A stretch of DNA of 64,000 nt from Marsupella aquatica (taxonomy: Eukaryota; Plantae; Marchantiophyta): NCBI GenBank assembly GCA_973895155.1, contig OZ316895.1, positions 13,019,363 through 13,083,362 on the forward strand. The letters run 5' to 3'. Position 1 is the first letter of the stretch. Each line of letters starts with the position of its first letter. The notes beneath the pieces are model-generated. The model was not told the origin of the DNA. It worked only from the letters and a program-made list of their open reading frames with translations, and did no database searches. Of the stretch, positions 1 to 12,600 are shown piece after piece. Both the position numbers and the translations under genes were made by a program.

Positions 1-1320
1 ATGGCTCACATGGCTGGCTTTGAGCAGCTGGTGCGAACAGCATCTTCAACTCCTTTCGGAGATGGTGGGAAGTCGGCTAGCAGGGGTGGGATCCGATTAG
101 TAAGTTCTTAATCTTCCGCTTGTGGCCCTCATGAATGTCTCATCTCCATTCATTTCTCTACCTTTGGCGTGTGGACGTAAACTGAGACCAATCAAGGTAG
201 CTCTGTACCATCTTTGGCTGGTGAGGCAAGTTTTGGCTTGGTTTGATTGTTAAGTCTACAGAGCTGCAACTGGTTAAAGCATTATATCCCTGACGGTCTG
301 GGGGGTTGATTTGTCTAGGTGAATATTTCTTCGGTGAAGTTTCAATACGAGGTGCAGATTGCAGCATTGGGAGTTCGAGGGCAACCCACATTTGAGCAGG
401 CACTGTTGGGAGTTAGGAAAAAGGGATTGGCTAATCTGAAACTGAAGCACAGTTATGCTGGACCGGGCCATTCCTACACAGAAGGTACTGTTGAGCATCG
501 TATATTAATTAACCTAGTCCGCCTTCTTGTGTCCGAGCATCGCCAACGCTTAACATCGTCGGGTTCTCTGAAGTTGGAATTGGAAACGAAGAAAGGTACC
601 AAGGAGAGAGGCCATTGAGCCCTTGTGAAAGAGGCAGACACCTTGTCGATATCAACAGTGAAGCTGCCTTGAAAGATCCATGCTTAGAGATTACCGTGCA
701 TCAAACTTCATGTACCCCGTGCTCAGAATATGTTGGATTACCTGTCCCCTTAACATATTTGTCTTGTATTGGGTGTCACATATTTTTAATACTGCTGTAC
801 AGAGCAGTTGCACAAAGCTGGCTGGAAGAGTGGTCGACCTGAGACTATTTATTCAGTGCTGTTACGGAGCCTGAGTGGGGGTTCCCAAGGTTTATCTTGT
901 AACATATGGGTGGACGAATGAAAGAATTGTAGTTGACCGAGAGTGTCAGTCTCCTATTATTTATCCAGAGAGATACGATATGCACATTGATCTTGAGCAG
1001 TCAATTCATCAACTCTCCTCTAGAGTTCGTGTCCTTTCTACTGCGAACGTGGTTGGGCAAGTACCATAGATTTTGCATATACCGTGTCGATCATCCCCAT
1101 GGGGATCAACAGGTAAGAAGCTCCGAGGGCAGATGTAGTGCGCTCATTATTTGAGAATCTTTGGGTCTCCTGCATTGAAAATAGAATGTTATGTCCATGC
1201 TCTGTTGGTGTTTATCTGGGGAGGTCCTTAGGAACTGAGAAACAGCTGATAATGCCAACCACAAGGATGGAATTCGCGAATATCTTCAAGAAGCCCCTAA
1301 TGTGCTTTGCAAGACCTTAA
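1..1320 (-). pseudogene. Heavily decayed coding-like remnant, possibly LINE ORF1 (gag-like)
   Basis: Minus-strand fragments in different frames (QVIQHILSTGYMKFDA; FLTPNSACSNVGCP / QQCLLKCGLP) loosely resemble the plant L1 ORF1 DUF4283 region and zinc knuckle. Many stops and frameshifts; weak resemblance only. Confidence 0.25.
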
Positions 1321-1975
1321 TGTGAAAAGAGACTCCAAACTCATGATATAGCATGTAGATCATCCTGGAATATTCCTCTTTTTTGTGTTTTAGTGGTATG
1401 TAATTTATTTAATTTATTTTATATAAAAGAAGTAGATAATATAAAATATATGCCAAAAAAATAATATATGATAATTAAAAGTGAGGGACATAACACACAA
1501 ACCACATTCAAAGAAACTAACATTATGACCAAGACAGTAGAAAGGTACTAAAGAGTTGTGCACATATTTTCACTTGCTTCTAGCTAGCGACACTCAACTC
1601 AATTAAAATCATAAATTTTGTAAAGAAAACCAGGAGGGTAACTTAGTACACCAGATATGCACATTGTTCAAATTCATTTTTCACACTTTCATGATAAAAC
1701 AGAGGAGTGATTGAAAAGGAAAGATTAAACATTTATGAGGGGAGCCAAATATATTCAAAATATTCTAAGTTCACTAAAATTAAAAGGGGTTTAGAAGTTA
1801 ATTCAAAATCAAATTAATACAAATGATTCACAGGCACATTAAAATCAAAATACTTGACACAAAATATGAATAGGACAAAACCTCAAAGATGTATTCACCA
1901 TATAGTATCTTCATTCACAGATAGAATAGAGGAGAATAGAGGACTGGACTATGAAAGTAGACTCCCTCATTATGA

Positions 1976-2225
1976 AAACTCACAGAAAATAAAATTTGGA
2001 AGGAAGCAAAATGATACCTTGGTTCCACCTGCACCATTATGATGAGTTGAACAAGCTTCACCCCTAAGTAATCTATCTAATAAAGAATGACCAAATGCCA
2101 AAACTCACAGAAAATAAAATTTGGAAGGAAGCAAAATGATACCTTGGTTCCACCTGCACCATTATGATGGGTTGAACAAGCTTCACCCCTAAGTAATCTA
2201 TCTAATAAAGCATGACCAAATGCCA
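1976..2225. repeat. Near-perfect 125-bp tandem duplication
   Basis: AAACTCACAGAAAATAAAATTTGG...GACCAAATGCCA occurs at 1976-2100 and 2101-2225 with about 2 differences. Confidence 0.95.
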
Positions 2226-2237
2226 CGGCAGCCTTTG

Positions 2238-2562
2238 GGTCATCTATCTAATGAAGTATGACTAAAAGTAACTAAAAGCTATGAGAGCCTGTGGGTGGTC
2301 TATCTAATTAAGTGTGACCAAAAGCGATCTATCTAATTAAGTGTGAACAAAAGCAACCAAAAGCTTTGAGAGTTTGTGGGTAATCTATCAAATAAAGAGC
2401 AACCAAAAGGGACCAAAAGCTACGAGAGCTATCTAATTAAGTGTGACCAAAAGCAACCAAAAGCTTTGAGAGCCTGTGGGTAATCTATCAAATAGAGGGC
2501 AACCAAAAGGGACCAAAAGCTATGAGAGCCTGTGCGTATTCTATCTAATAAAGTGAGACCCA
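2238..2562. repeat. Degenerate tandem array, unit about 55-60 bp (TCTATCTAAT...GACCAAAAGC...GAGAGCCTGTGGG)
   Basis: About 6 recognisable units with the core CTATCTAATTAAGTGTGACCAAAAGC. The array is interrupted by the copia insertion at 2563. Confidence 0.85.
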
Positions 2563-3884
2563 TGTAGAAAATAGTTACATTCCTTAATCAAGATATCAAT
2601 AGCCGTAAGATGAAACTTTAAGATACCTGGATATTACGGGATCACATGTGGTGTATAGTGCGGCTGATCTGCCAACATAAAATTCAGGGATCTATTATGA
2701 TCCATCGATTATTTCCAGGTCTTCCTTCCTCGGACCTTCCCAGGGAGCTCTCCCGTGACTATTTATTGTGGGGCCTGCTTCCTGCTGGCACTACTGTTTC
2801 TGCTGAATCCAATGCTCCTCTAGCTGATCCTGAGCTTTATTGTCGCATGTTGGCAAGTTGATTTACCTCACCAACACTCGCCCCAACATTCCTTTTGCAG
2901 TCAGCCGAATCATGCAAGCCCCTCAGACAGACTGACCACCTTGAGGCTACACTACATATTTTTGGTTATATCAAGCACACTCTTGATTATGGCATCCTCT
3001 ATCCCTGTGGAGCACATCTTAATCTTGTTGGTTTTACTGATGCTGATTGGGCTGCTTGCCCATCTACTAGACGTTCTGTTGGTGGCTACATTTTTTCTCT
3101 TGGAGGTAGCCCAGTTGCTTGCAACAGCAAGTGTCAGGCGACAACTTCTAGATCTTCCATTGAATCTGAATACACGCCCCTCTTTTATGGTGCTCAGGGT
3201 GCCGTATATCTCAATTGTTTGCTGCATGAATTACAACTCATTCTGGATGGTCAAATTCCGGTACATTGTAAAGATTCTGAGACCCTGTTTGCTCTTCCCC
3301 ATTCTTCTCTCCCAATTTTTTGCAACAATGAGGGTGCTATTAATTTAGCCAAAAATCCTGTGTTTTCATGCTTGCACCAATCATATTGAGGTACATCATC
3401 ACTTCATCCGCGAGCAAGTTTTGGAGGGGGGGATTCAACTACAATATGTTTCCACTGAAGAGCAACCTGCTGACATACTGACCAAATCTCTTTCGCGGTC
3501 GAATTTGAGAGACATCGAGCAGACATTGACATCATTGACTTATCTTCCTTTTGACAGAATCCTTCTGTTGGTTCCTTTCCACTTTCGACTAAGGAACAAG
3601 GGGGAGTGTAGAAAATAGTTACGTTCCTTAATCAAGATGATCAACAACCGTCAAATGAAATTTTAACATACCCGCATATTACGGGATCACAAGTAAATTT
3701 GTGGTGTATAGTGCAATTGATCTACCAACATGGGATTTAGGGATCTATTATGATTTATCTATTATTTCCGGGTCTTCCTTCCTCAGACCTTCCCAGGGTG
3801 CTCTCCTGTGACTATTTATTGTTGGACCCGCTGCCTGTTTGACATCATATTCTCTTTTGGCAATAAAGCTGAATACTTTCTTCA
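2563..3884 (+). mobile_element. Internally deleted Ty1/copia LTR retrotransposon
   Basis: 5' LTR starts TGTAGAAAATAG at 2563 (homology to about 2785); 3' LTR 3607-3884 (TGTAGAAA...TTTCTTCA). Polypurine tract AAGGAACAAGGGGGAG at 3591-3606. 5-bp TSD ACCCA at 2558-2562 and 3885-3889. Confidence 0.93.
2780..3560 (+). pseudogene. Copia reverse transcriptase C-terminus and RNase H remnant
   Basis: Typical copia pol motifs, broken by frameshifts and stops: DPELYCRM..KLIYLTNTRP..FAVS, GFTDADWAACPSTRRSVGGYIF.LGGSP, SRSSIESEY, CNNEGAINLAKNPVF, YVSTEEQPADILTK. Confidence 0.92.
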
Positions 3885-4459
3885 ACCCAAAACTAGGAGA
3901 GACTACACTCTAGAGTGAAGCCTCGCGACTATATTTGGGGCACAGGTTGAGAGGAGCTTGATGATACTCACTATCTGTTTACTATCAAAGCTGGGGCATT
4001 TAGGCTAGTGATACCCTCAACCGCCTGGGGGACAAAGATATATAGGGGTAGAAAAATAGCTTTAAAAAACATATTCCACTTATTTTTAGGGTGTTCATAG
4101 CTAAAAATGTCAAGCGTGTTATGAGACCCCCTTTAGAGTGAGGCCCCTGAGTCGAGTAGTGCGGCTAGCCATTGATGCACTCAAGGGGAAGTGGCAGGGG
4201 AGGTTGGTTGGTTTCCAACTTGAGGTGCACCCTCACAGTTACACCCCTTTCACAATACACTCCTTTGAGATTAATACTCTATAAATAAGTTGGTTCAATT
4301 TTTGTACCCGATCCACACTAGTACAGAGCATCAGTGTGGTTGCTTGAACCCTATAGCCGAGTCAAAACCCATTCCCCATTGGTCTCTGCTATCAGTGGGT
4401 GGGTCTCCTGGCCCCACCTCCCTTTGAGCCTGGTACTCCTGCACTCGAGAAACAGGTGA

Positions 4460-4795
4460 GAAGTGGCCCTGGACCCGGGACCATCTCTCTGCAATAACCA
4501 AAATAGAATTGTGGAGATTTCATCGGACCGCTCACAGCACAAGCAGCATGATGGTCCCAACTCCCATCTGAGCCTGCAAAGAAGTGGCCCTGGACCAGCC
4601 AGCCATTTCTGTGCAATGACCAAGATCCATCAATGAAGATTTCATCGGATGGCTCACAACACAAGTTGCATGATTCCCATCCGAGCCTGCGGGAAGTGGG
4701 CCTGGACCCACCCGCCATCTCTATGCAACGACCAAGATCCATTCATGGAGATTTCATCGGACGGCTCCCCAAACAAGGAGCATGATGGTCCCAAC
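4460..4795. repeat. Three diverged tandem copies of a unit of about 112-121 bp
   Basis: GAAGTGGCCCTGGACC...GGAGATTTCATCGGA...GCATGATGGTCCCAA starts at 4460, 4581 and 4693. A further fragment GGTCCCAACTCCCATCCGAGCC lies near 5143. Confidence 0.88.
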
Positions 4796-4964
4796 CAACA
4801 ATTTTTTGGTGGGCTAAATCTAGCCAATGACTTACTTAAAAAAACAGGCAGGCTAGTGATGCTCAGGCTGAAATACAAATAAATTCTGTCTCATTTGCCA
4901 TAGCCTAATGCACTAAGGGGCATTGTTACCCAGGAACTACTCTACAATATTCAGAAAGTACTCT

Positions 4965-5078
4965 ATAATTGAAATAAAATACTCCATAACCAGACCTGTG
5001 CTCTAATTGAAATAAAATGCTCCATAACCAGACCTGTGCTCTAATTGGAATAAAATACTCCATAACCACACCTATGTG
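4965..5078. repeat. 38-bp minisatellite, 3 copies
   Basis: TAATTGAAATAAAATACTCCATAACCAGACCTGTGCTC repeated three times. Confidence 0.9.
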
Positions 5079-5250
5079 CTTGTGTGGAGAGTAAAATAGT
5101 AGCCACCTTGGCTACTATTTAAAAACAAGAAAAAAAATGGCTGGTCCCAACTCCCATCCGAGCCTTCTGGGTTTGGAACATGTTGCGCTTTTACTCTTGC
5201 ACCCGACAGGACAGAAAGCCGAGACCGAGAAAGCAAAACAAGGCCCTGAC

Positions 5251-5631
5251 CCACCAGACAATCCACCAGACAATCCACCAGACAATAGCTTCATCGCCTC
5301 CCATAGTCCCCTCCCCTCCCCCCTCCCCTCCCCTCCCCTCCCCTCCCCTCCAAGGATTGACGGTCGAACGGATGAGTTTGTATTTTTTGGAATGAAGAAG
5401 TTTCTTGCTTGGCCTGAATGGTGTTTTGGCCTGGCTTGTCTTCAGAATCAGTTTCTTTGGGCAATACATGAGTTGTCACTGCACGCATGAAAGCAAGTCA
5501 AAGCAATCCCAGCAGCAGCAGCAGCAGCAGCACAACAGCAGTGACAAGTAGCAGTGCAGCGTAGTGAAGTGCAGTGCAGTGTAGTGAAAGGAAAGGAAAG
5601 GAAAGGAAAGGAAAGGAAAGGAAAGGAAAGG
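5251..5631. repeat. Microsatellite cluster upstream of PEX3: (CCACCAGACAAT)x3, (CCCTC)n, (AGC)n, (GGAAA)n
   Basis: Simple repeats visible directly at 5251-5286, 5307-5351, 5511-5531 and 5587-5631. Confidence 0.92.
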
Positions 5632-5890
5632 TCAACAAGAGCAGGGCAGGAGTGTGGAGAGATGGGGCTCATCAGTTTGTGTGATTCGTAGCGCTAGCTG
5701 GCCAGCCAGCGAGCTGTGCCCCTCAATTGGATGCATGCAAGTATGCGTACGTCGCCACAGCGAAGGATTGGAGGGCTATGGATGTAATTGGGCTTCGGGT
5801 GGGTTGCGCTTATTGATTGTCTGCTGCCGCTGCCGCTCCTCATTCGGTACTGTTTAGCAATCGCCGGTGGGTTTAGTGGGGGTGATAGCC

Positions 5891-8800
5891 ATGACGACGA
5901 CCCTCCCTCGAGCCTACTATAATGATCTCAAGTGAGTCTGGAACGAATGAATTCCCTCTTCCTGTTTCGTTCTCTCTTTTCTGTCGTTCATGCTCGTAGC
6001 GCAACTTCGGCCTATCTCGTAGTGGGGCCCCGCAAGATTGGATATTTCGAACGCTATCTTGAGGTTTATGGTAGGAAGGTTTTAGATGGCTGGATCTCAA
6101 GGAAATTTTCACAACAGTGCTTTTTCTGTGGGTGTTTTTCCACTCCGTCCGTTGTCTATCCTTTGGGAATTTTGCGGTGTTTTCTGTCGGGAATTGTTTA
6201 ATTCAGGGTGAAATGTGTGTATTGCTAGGGTTTGAGTTGGGGTAATCTGTTTTATTCACTTGTGTTTTCATTTTATTAGAACCCCAAGAAGGATTGTTTA
6301 CGTGTCTTCTCTTATCCTCCCACACTGATGTGCTACACTAAAATTGATACGAGGTCAAGAAGTCAGAGACTGAGGTGCTGTGCTGCTATGCGCGTCGTCG
6401 ATATTTGTGTTGTCTCAGATCATGGGCGAAGAAGCATAAGAAAGCTCTGTGGGTAACAGCTGGTGTTGTTGGAACCGGGCTGGGAGGTTACTACTTTGTA
6501 AACCTGCTGAAGACGAAGGCTAGCATTCGGGCAGAGGAGGAGGAAGCGCAAGCTGCTCTGCTACGAAAGGAGGCTGATGACCGAGCTGAGGCCCAGTATG
6601 CTCAATCTTCAAATCCTCCTGGAGCTCTGTCCGGTTTTCATATACGTATGCTGTTGCCCTGAATCTTATGTTATCTGCGATGATGCACTGCCTTGTTGGC
6701 TCCACTTCTTCGACCACCTTGAGCCACTTGATATGCAGTTCAAAGTGTACTACTAATTTGTCCCATACGTGGCAAAGTGTTCATGATCTGAAACTGGACG
6801 TGGTGACATTCGTTTACCTGTAGTCATTCAGCGACCGTCACCGGAATGAGCACCATAGCTCCCATGAACTGGTTTTAAGAAGAGTTTATGCTAGGGTTGA
6901 GAATTTTGAATATTTCATAATGTTCCCGAAAACCAAGCTCGTTTGATAAGGATATTGGAGGCCGCTGTCATAGCCTTGCCCTTTTGAACAGTGATAGTGG
7001 TGTCTCTGATTTGTGCTATGGCTTGAATTTGTCAGGTTGCAAAGTCATTTTGAGAGCATCCAAAGAATTTCCGATTCCACAACTCTTCCATCTGTCCTTC
7101 CTCACTTGAAAGCACGATTGTTTGAGCTGGTGAATCTGTCAAGCTTGACCGACAAGTTGACTTCTGCTAAAGCTGACCCGCAGACCCTCAGCTCCAGGGA
7201 TAAGTTAAATCTATGGCAAGAACTCAAAGTGCAGAGTACGTATCCGTTCTTCTGGCTGTCAATTTTTTATGGACATAAGTTCGTGCAAAACAGTGAGCAG
7301 CTAAGTCCCTTGCTGTTTTGATATCCAATTAACGAATATATTCTTCTGTTGGTTGTTTCTCTTGCTGCTAAATATTATGGAATCTTCTCACGGTATTGGA
7401 ATGGGTAAACTAGTTTGCTATTCGCTTCACCTTTCATGTAAATTGTGCATTGTTAGTACCCGTCAGGTAAAGGATTACTTCAGAATTTAAAACTGTTCCA
7501 ACTGTTTCAATAGGTTTTCCTTAGAGTAGGATATATTGCAAGGCACGCAGTGATCGACCTTGTCACTGTCATTTGATATATTTTGCACAGATCAGGTTGT
7601 CCAATTAAGAACTCCTGCGTTCTCCTTCATTCCCGTGTGAGTAGAGAGACCAATGTTGGGCCCAATAGCGTTTTCTGTTCCTTAGATCACTCTGTACGGA
7701 TTGGTTTTACTTGGTTATCGTAAGCATCTGATTGTATCTGTGCTACAGGTTTTACTCGGACAGTTTGTGCGATGTGGTCTGTGACTCTTCTTGATCTCTT
7801 CATCCGAACACAATTAAATATTTTAGGCAGACATGTGTACATTGACACCGCACGAGACATGTCTGTAGCCAGAGCAGGGGTATGTTCAGGCTCTTAAATT
7901 TCCTTATCATTAATTTTCCCTTTCCCTTTCTCGTATGCTTAGACTTGATATTATTTATTTTTCTTAGGTTTCAGGAGAGGCTAAAGGGCCGCAGGCAACC
8001 TCCCCTTTTCATTACTGAGGTCCTGAGTATACATGTGGGCATACCCCCCCGCATTACCTGAGGCTTGGGGCGATGAGACATCGGTAGTGAGCTGATCGTG
8101 TGCATTGTGCTCAGGAGCATTATAAACCTCTATCAATGAGCTGTCAACACAAATTTATTGCATTCGCTGACTTCCTGCCTCACAAGGGTGTAGATGACCT
8201 TCTGAGACATGTACATGCAGCAGTTGATACTGTCTTGAGAATGTAAGACCGTCTGCTTGGTACACTTGAATCAGTGAACTTCGTCGAAAGTTTTAGCCTG
8301 GCGAGCATGAATATGCAATTTGAAGTCCTGAGGAGTTACACTATGCAAATGGTCAATCGGCATGAACCTTCTGTCAAATTGGAGAATGAACTTAGTTGTT
8401 CTAGTTTATCCGTTTGCTGCCGTCTGGACAAGTCGTTTTCCTCCATTGTTATGTGGCATTAAAACTTCCAATTGATTTTTCCTGGTGCTGCACTAGTCAC
8501 CACGTTATCTTGTTCCAAGTCACGTCTTTGGAATTTCACATTAATGTTACACTTTGTTTGCAGAAAGCCATTGAAAGATCCCTACACAATTGCCGATCTA
8601 CGGATAGCCTTTGAGAAGATTCACCAAAACTTCCGTGACAACCAGGATAGCTGGGAACAATATGTTCTCCCTGACGACAATCTATTGCCCGAACATCTTG
8701 CTGCAGCATCATCAGCTGCAGATGCAGCTCGCCTGTCAATGGAGGAAGTATCAATGCTTGATGATGGCGAGAAGCTGGAAAATCTATTGTCAGAAACAAG

Positions 8801-9691
8801 AAGTGTCCTGTCCAGGTTAGCTCCATTAACCGTTTGCGATTCGGAGTAATTGTTTTGTTTTTTCTTGTTGGCATGCGAGAGAAGTGCATGTGCTGGAAGA
8901 AGTGGCGAGTTTTCTAGAGCGCGAGTTTTCCCTTCATATGAAGTTTGAAATTCAACTCAGTTTTCAGAAAAAACCTGGAAGATTTAGTTGTCCAGCAGTT
9001 GGCGTCTCACTAGTGCTCCCTTTCCAATCGTTGACCTGCATTTGCTCGCAAGAAACTGCATATATGCTGTGTAGTTCTTACATCGCAAGTTTCTCTGGCC
9101 ATCACACGTGTAAGCTAGGTATTACATAAATCCACTTAAGTGGGAATGCCAAGCCGCAAATTTGTTAGCTAAGCCTGTGTTGCGAATAATAATCAGGAAC
9201 TGTAGACTCATGTTTCCTCAAGCGCTCCAGGTCCTGGTATGGGTGGCTTGAAACATTGTTGATGAAGTGTGTCATATCCATCTTCTTGGTTCATTGCTTA
9301 GTACTCTGTATAGTACTGTCCTCATCTTTGTCTGAGAATTGTTGTCAAGTATCCATCTTTCTTTCTTTACATTGCGCTATAACATTCTGTAACATTCGTT
9401 ATTTGCACCACTTCTAATTCCGATTCGTTGCTTGTGCTCTGCAGCAATGAGTTTGCAGATGTCATGGAAGCTGCTATGGATGCAGTTTTGGAAGCTGTCC
9501 TCGAGGATCTCTCAATGATGTATAGAAGTAATCCAGAGTTTGGGATTCCCTTGGCTAAACTGCTACCACCAGTTGCAAGTGCTGGAAATCTCCTCATGGA
9601 ACATCCTGACGACAACCGATTTATTCAGCTTCTCGCTCAGCTACCACAAGTGCAGTCCTTTTGTCTCATGGTGTACAGCAGCAGTACATGA
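5891..9691 (+). CDS. PEX3: Peroxin-3, peroxisomal membrane biogenesis factor (7 coding exons, 391 aa)
   Basis: Exons 5891-5931, 6419-6595, 7036-7235, 7749-7879, 8115-8242, 8564-8815 and 9445-9691, all GT-AG and phase-consistent. Plant PEX3 hallmarks: N-terminal WAKKHKK plus TM (ALWVTAGVVGTGLGGYYF), HFESIQRISDSTTLP, KLNLWQELK, FTR..C.MWSVT.L.L.IR.QLNILGRH.YIDTAR, PLAKLLP, NRFIQLL.QLPQV. Confidence 0.95.
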
Positions 9692-12600
9692 GAAGATTAA
9701 GTCCGGGGTTTTCCTGCTCTAGTACCTTCCTGTCCTTCCTGGAAAACACCAGTCATTGCGCTCTGTAAATTGCCGTCCTTTGGAAAGCGCAGTTGAGCTT
9801 CAAGCTCTGCTCGAAGGCAAGTCCTGCATGCCCTCTTGTTTATCCTCCTTGCCTTGCGGCTAGTCAACAGCATGAACTTTGGCCCACTGTCAGTTACAGT
9901 TTCCTACCTGGCATGTGCGAATCGTACCTCTCAAGTCTGATGGGAACTACCCAAGGAGCGCAATCCCGCATGTCTTGAAATCACGAAGAGCTGGCTTCTG
10001 AAAGACTCAGAACACGATGATGACCAATTTGGGAAGCTCTGCCAGGCGGCAGATTCATTTGTCTACGTTGTAAAGTGGTTGTTCTAGAAAAGTTTACTTC
10101 TCTTTGGTTCTCACAAAATTTAGAGGGGACATAGGACTGTATTTTGTTAGGCATGTAGTCATGTAGTCAGAGTCTTGGAGTTGGCATAACGCAGAATAGA
10201 TGAAAACTTTCTGACAAGCATTTAGGGAGAAGATGAGCAATGCATCCTACGCTGACCTGTGCATTTCTCATGTACTTCTGTGCCCGCACATCTGCTCCTC
10301 TCACTGTAAGTCTTCAATTATGATCCTTCTCAAAAGTATGGCACGGAGGAGAGAAGTATTCACGAATACTTCGTGAAAGCTGCGGTAGAATGGAAGAGAA
10401 GCTTGAAAGTTGGCTTAGACCAGGACTTGAAGATGCTATTTCTGTCCCTTCAAGTTAGTAATTTACTTTTGGATGAGTAAAGTGTTGGGATGACAGTCAG
10501 CAAGCAAGGGAACTTTTGTCGTTGTACAGAACATTATGACATGATGGTTTTGATCCTGAAGTTTTAGATTGGATCGCTAATTGTTCTTCTTTTCTGCAAG
10601 AGGTCATGATCTTACTGCACGCATGAATCTGCTTTAACTCCTCTAACAGCAATGCCGTACATCGCTTTCTCAGATATATGGACGAAGTATCTTTTTTTTA
10701 ATCCCAAGCAGCACTTCATATACTTGGATATCACAAGAGCTGTTTGTTGCCAGCTGTGTATATGATAGATTTTTACAAATAGTTATGTTTTCCCGGAAAC
10801 ATTGAAGTGTCCAGGAAAGGGGGAACGTTTTGGGCTTTTATGGTCCCCTGATCAACCTACTTTAACACATCGTTGGTTTGAACCACAGTAGGGTATCATG
10901 GATTTTTCCTAAGAGGTCAGTTGAAGAGAATTAGAACCGTCTGTTATTGCAGTTTCTTTGGTCGGCGAAGTGATGGCGCAACAAAGATTTCTTTGACTGT
11001 CAAGATTGAATCTCATTTGTGTATCTTTCATTTGGAGCTCCATTGACTCGTGGTTGTGTTTATTTGAAAATTAGTTAACCTAAGGGATTGTCGTCGTTGG
11101 TGTCTAGAAGCGACTTCTGTTGCGCTTGGTTCACTTGAACCTTCCATGTCTTTGTTCCACACGTGCAAAGGGTGGTACCAAAGGGCCCCAGTGAAGGGTT
11201 TTCGTGTAACCAGTGACGAAGCTAGCTTGTTGTTCAGTGATGTGACAATCCACGGGTTCCTCGTGCTAAGGGTCAGCAAGGTACCAACCAAAGTAATAGC
11301 CACGATTTTTAAAATCATTTTCAAGTCTTAGGGCTTTTTCAGTCTCGTGTTGTCTTTCGACAGTTCGTGCTTTCTTTCAGTTTTGTCAGAATTCCAGGAA
11401 TGTGTCGCCAGAATTGCTGCCTGAATGAGTCTTGAGGTTCCAAATTGATGGGATCAGAATAACTGCCTGAATGAGACATAAGGTTCGAAATTATGTCCAA
11501 GCCTTGTCAGAATTCTTAGCCCACTCTTTGTCTCAATTGCAATAAGAACTCCCCCTGCACAAATTCATAGGTCAAACTCTGTACCCAACTACATACCTTG
11601 AGAACTCCAAATCTTTGCCTTCTTCCCACTATAATTACAAGTCTTGTTGCAAGCAGCGTAGGGCTCGCGACAGACGAGAACGGTTTGTGTGATCACTCAG
11701 TACAGGTTGCCTACAGAAACTGCGAGATCCAAATTAGCTCCGCATGAGAAGGAAAAATCACGCGAGAGAAAAGAATCGGGCTGGTAGGGGGAGGAAAGGC
11801 AATGTAGAAGCATCCGCTTTGTCCATATCGTTTTGAATGAGGACAGAAGCCTCGAATCCCATCGTGCTTCCAATCGACGATGCTTCCTTGTTTTAAGATG
11901 TTGTGTTGGATAGATGAAGGGATGGCGTATACAGGGAGTCAGAAATCCGAATGTGTAAAGTGTGCACTGTTTGTGATGACTCACTTGAGGGAGTCGAGGA
12001 ATCCCTAAGTTCACTGAAGACTCTGCAGTGTCCGAGTGTTTCTGTCCAGAAAACATGTGATTGATCTCAACTGGAAAGTTCTAAGAGTGGATCATAAAAG
12101 GCCACACCAGTACTCTCGATGACTACCTGAAGAAAGCATCCTCCGTTTGCAATACGCTGTCTTGTTATTTTCTTTGCCTTGTGGAGCAACACAGCTTTGG
12201 ACCGCCCTTAAGCAAATTCAACAGCCTCTTCATGTCTTTATCGTCACTATCACACTAAAACATCGTTACATGCACTAAGAGTGCAGAAGCCTAGCAAAAG
12301 CAGTACGTGGAAACGGGCGATAGAATTTTGCTCACATTGTTGAAGAAAGTCCTCGTTCAAACGAAAACTGCAACTTCATCGATGAAGCGTTGCAGCACCT
12401 TAGATTCGCTGGACCCATTCCTCTTGGTATATCCGCAACTCAGGAAACGAAGGCATTCACAAGATGTAGATTTGTTTTGTCATTTTGCCACTTTCCCTCG
12501 ATTCTAAAAATGTGCTGACAAGGACATGGATTAGAGGGACATCTATGTGACGTGAAAGGGACTGTTCCTGCGTCTCTAGAATGTTGGCCTATATCACAGA

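Noticed and set aside
2238-2562. Tandem array considered as CRISPR-like
   Set aside because: The units are similar along their whole length with no unique spacers, there are no cas genes, and the context is eukaryotic.
5137-5672. Pro-rich and repetitive ORFs upstream of PEX3
   Set aside because: These are translations of microsatellites.
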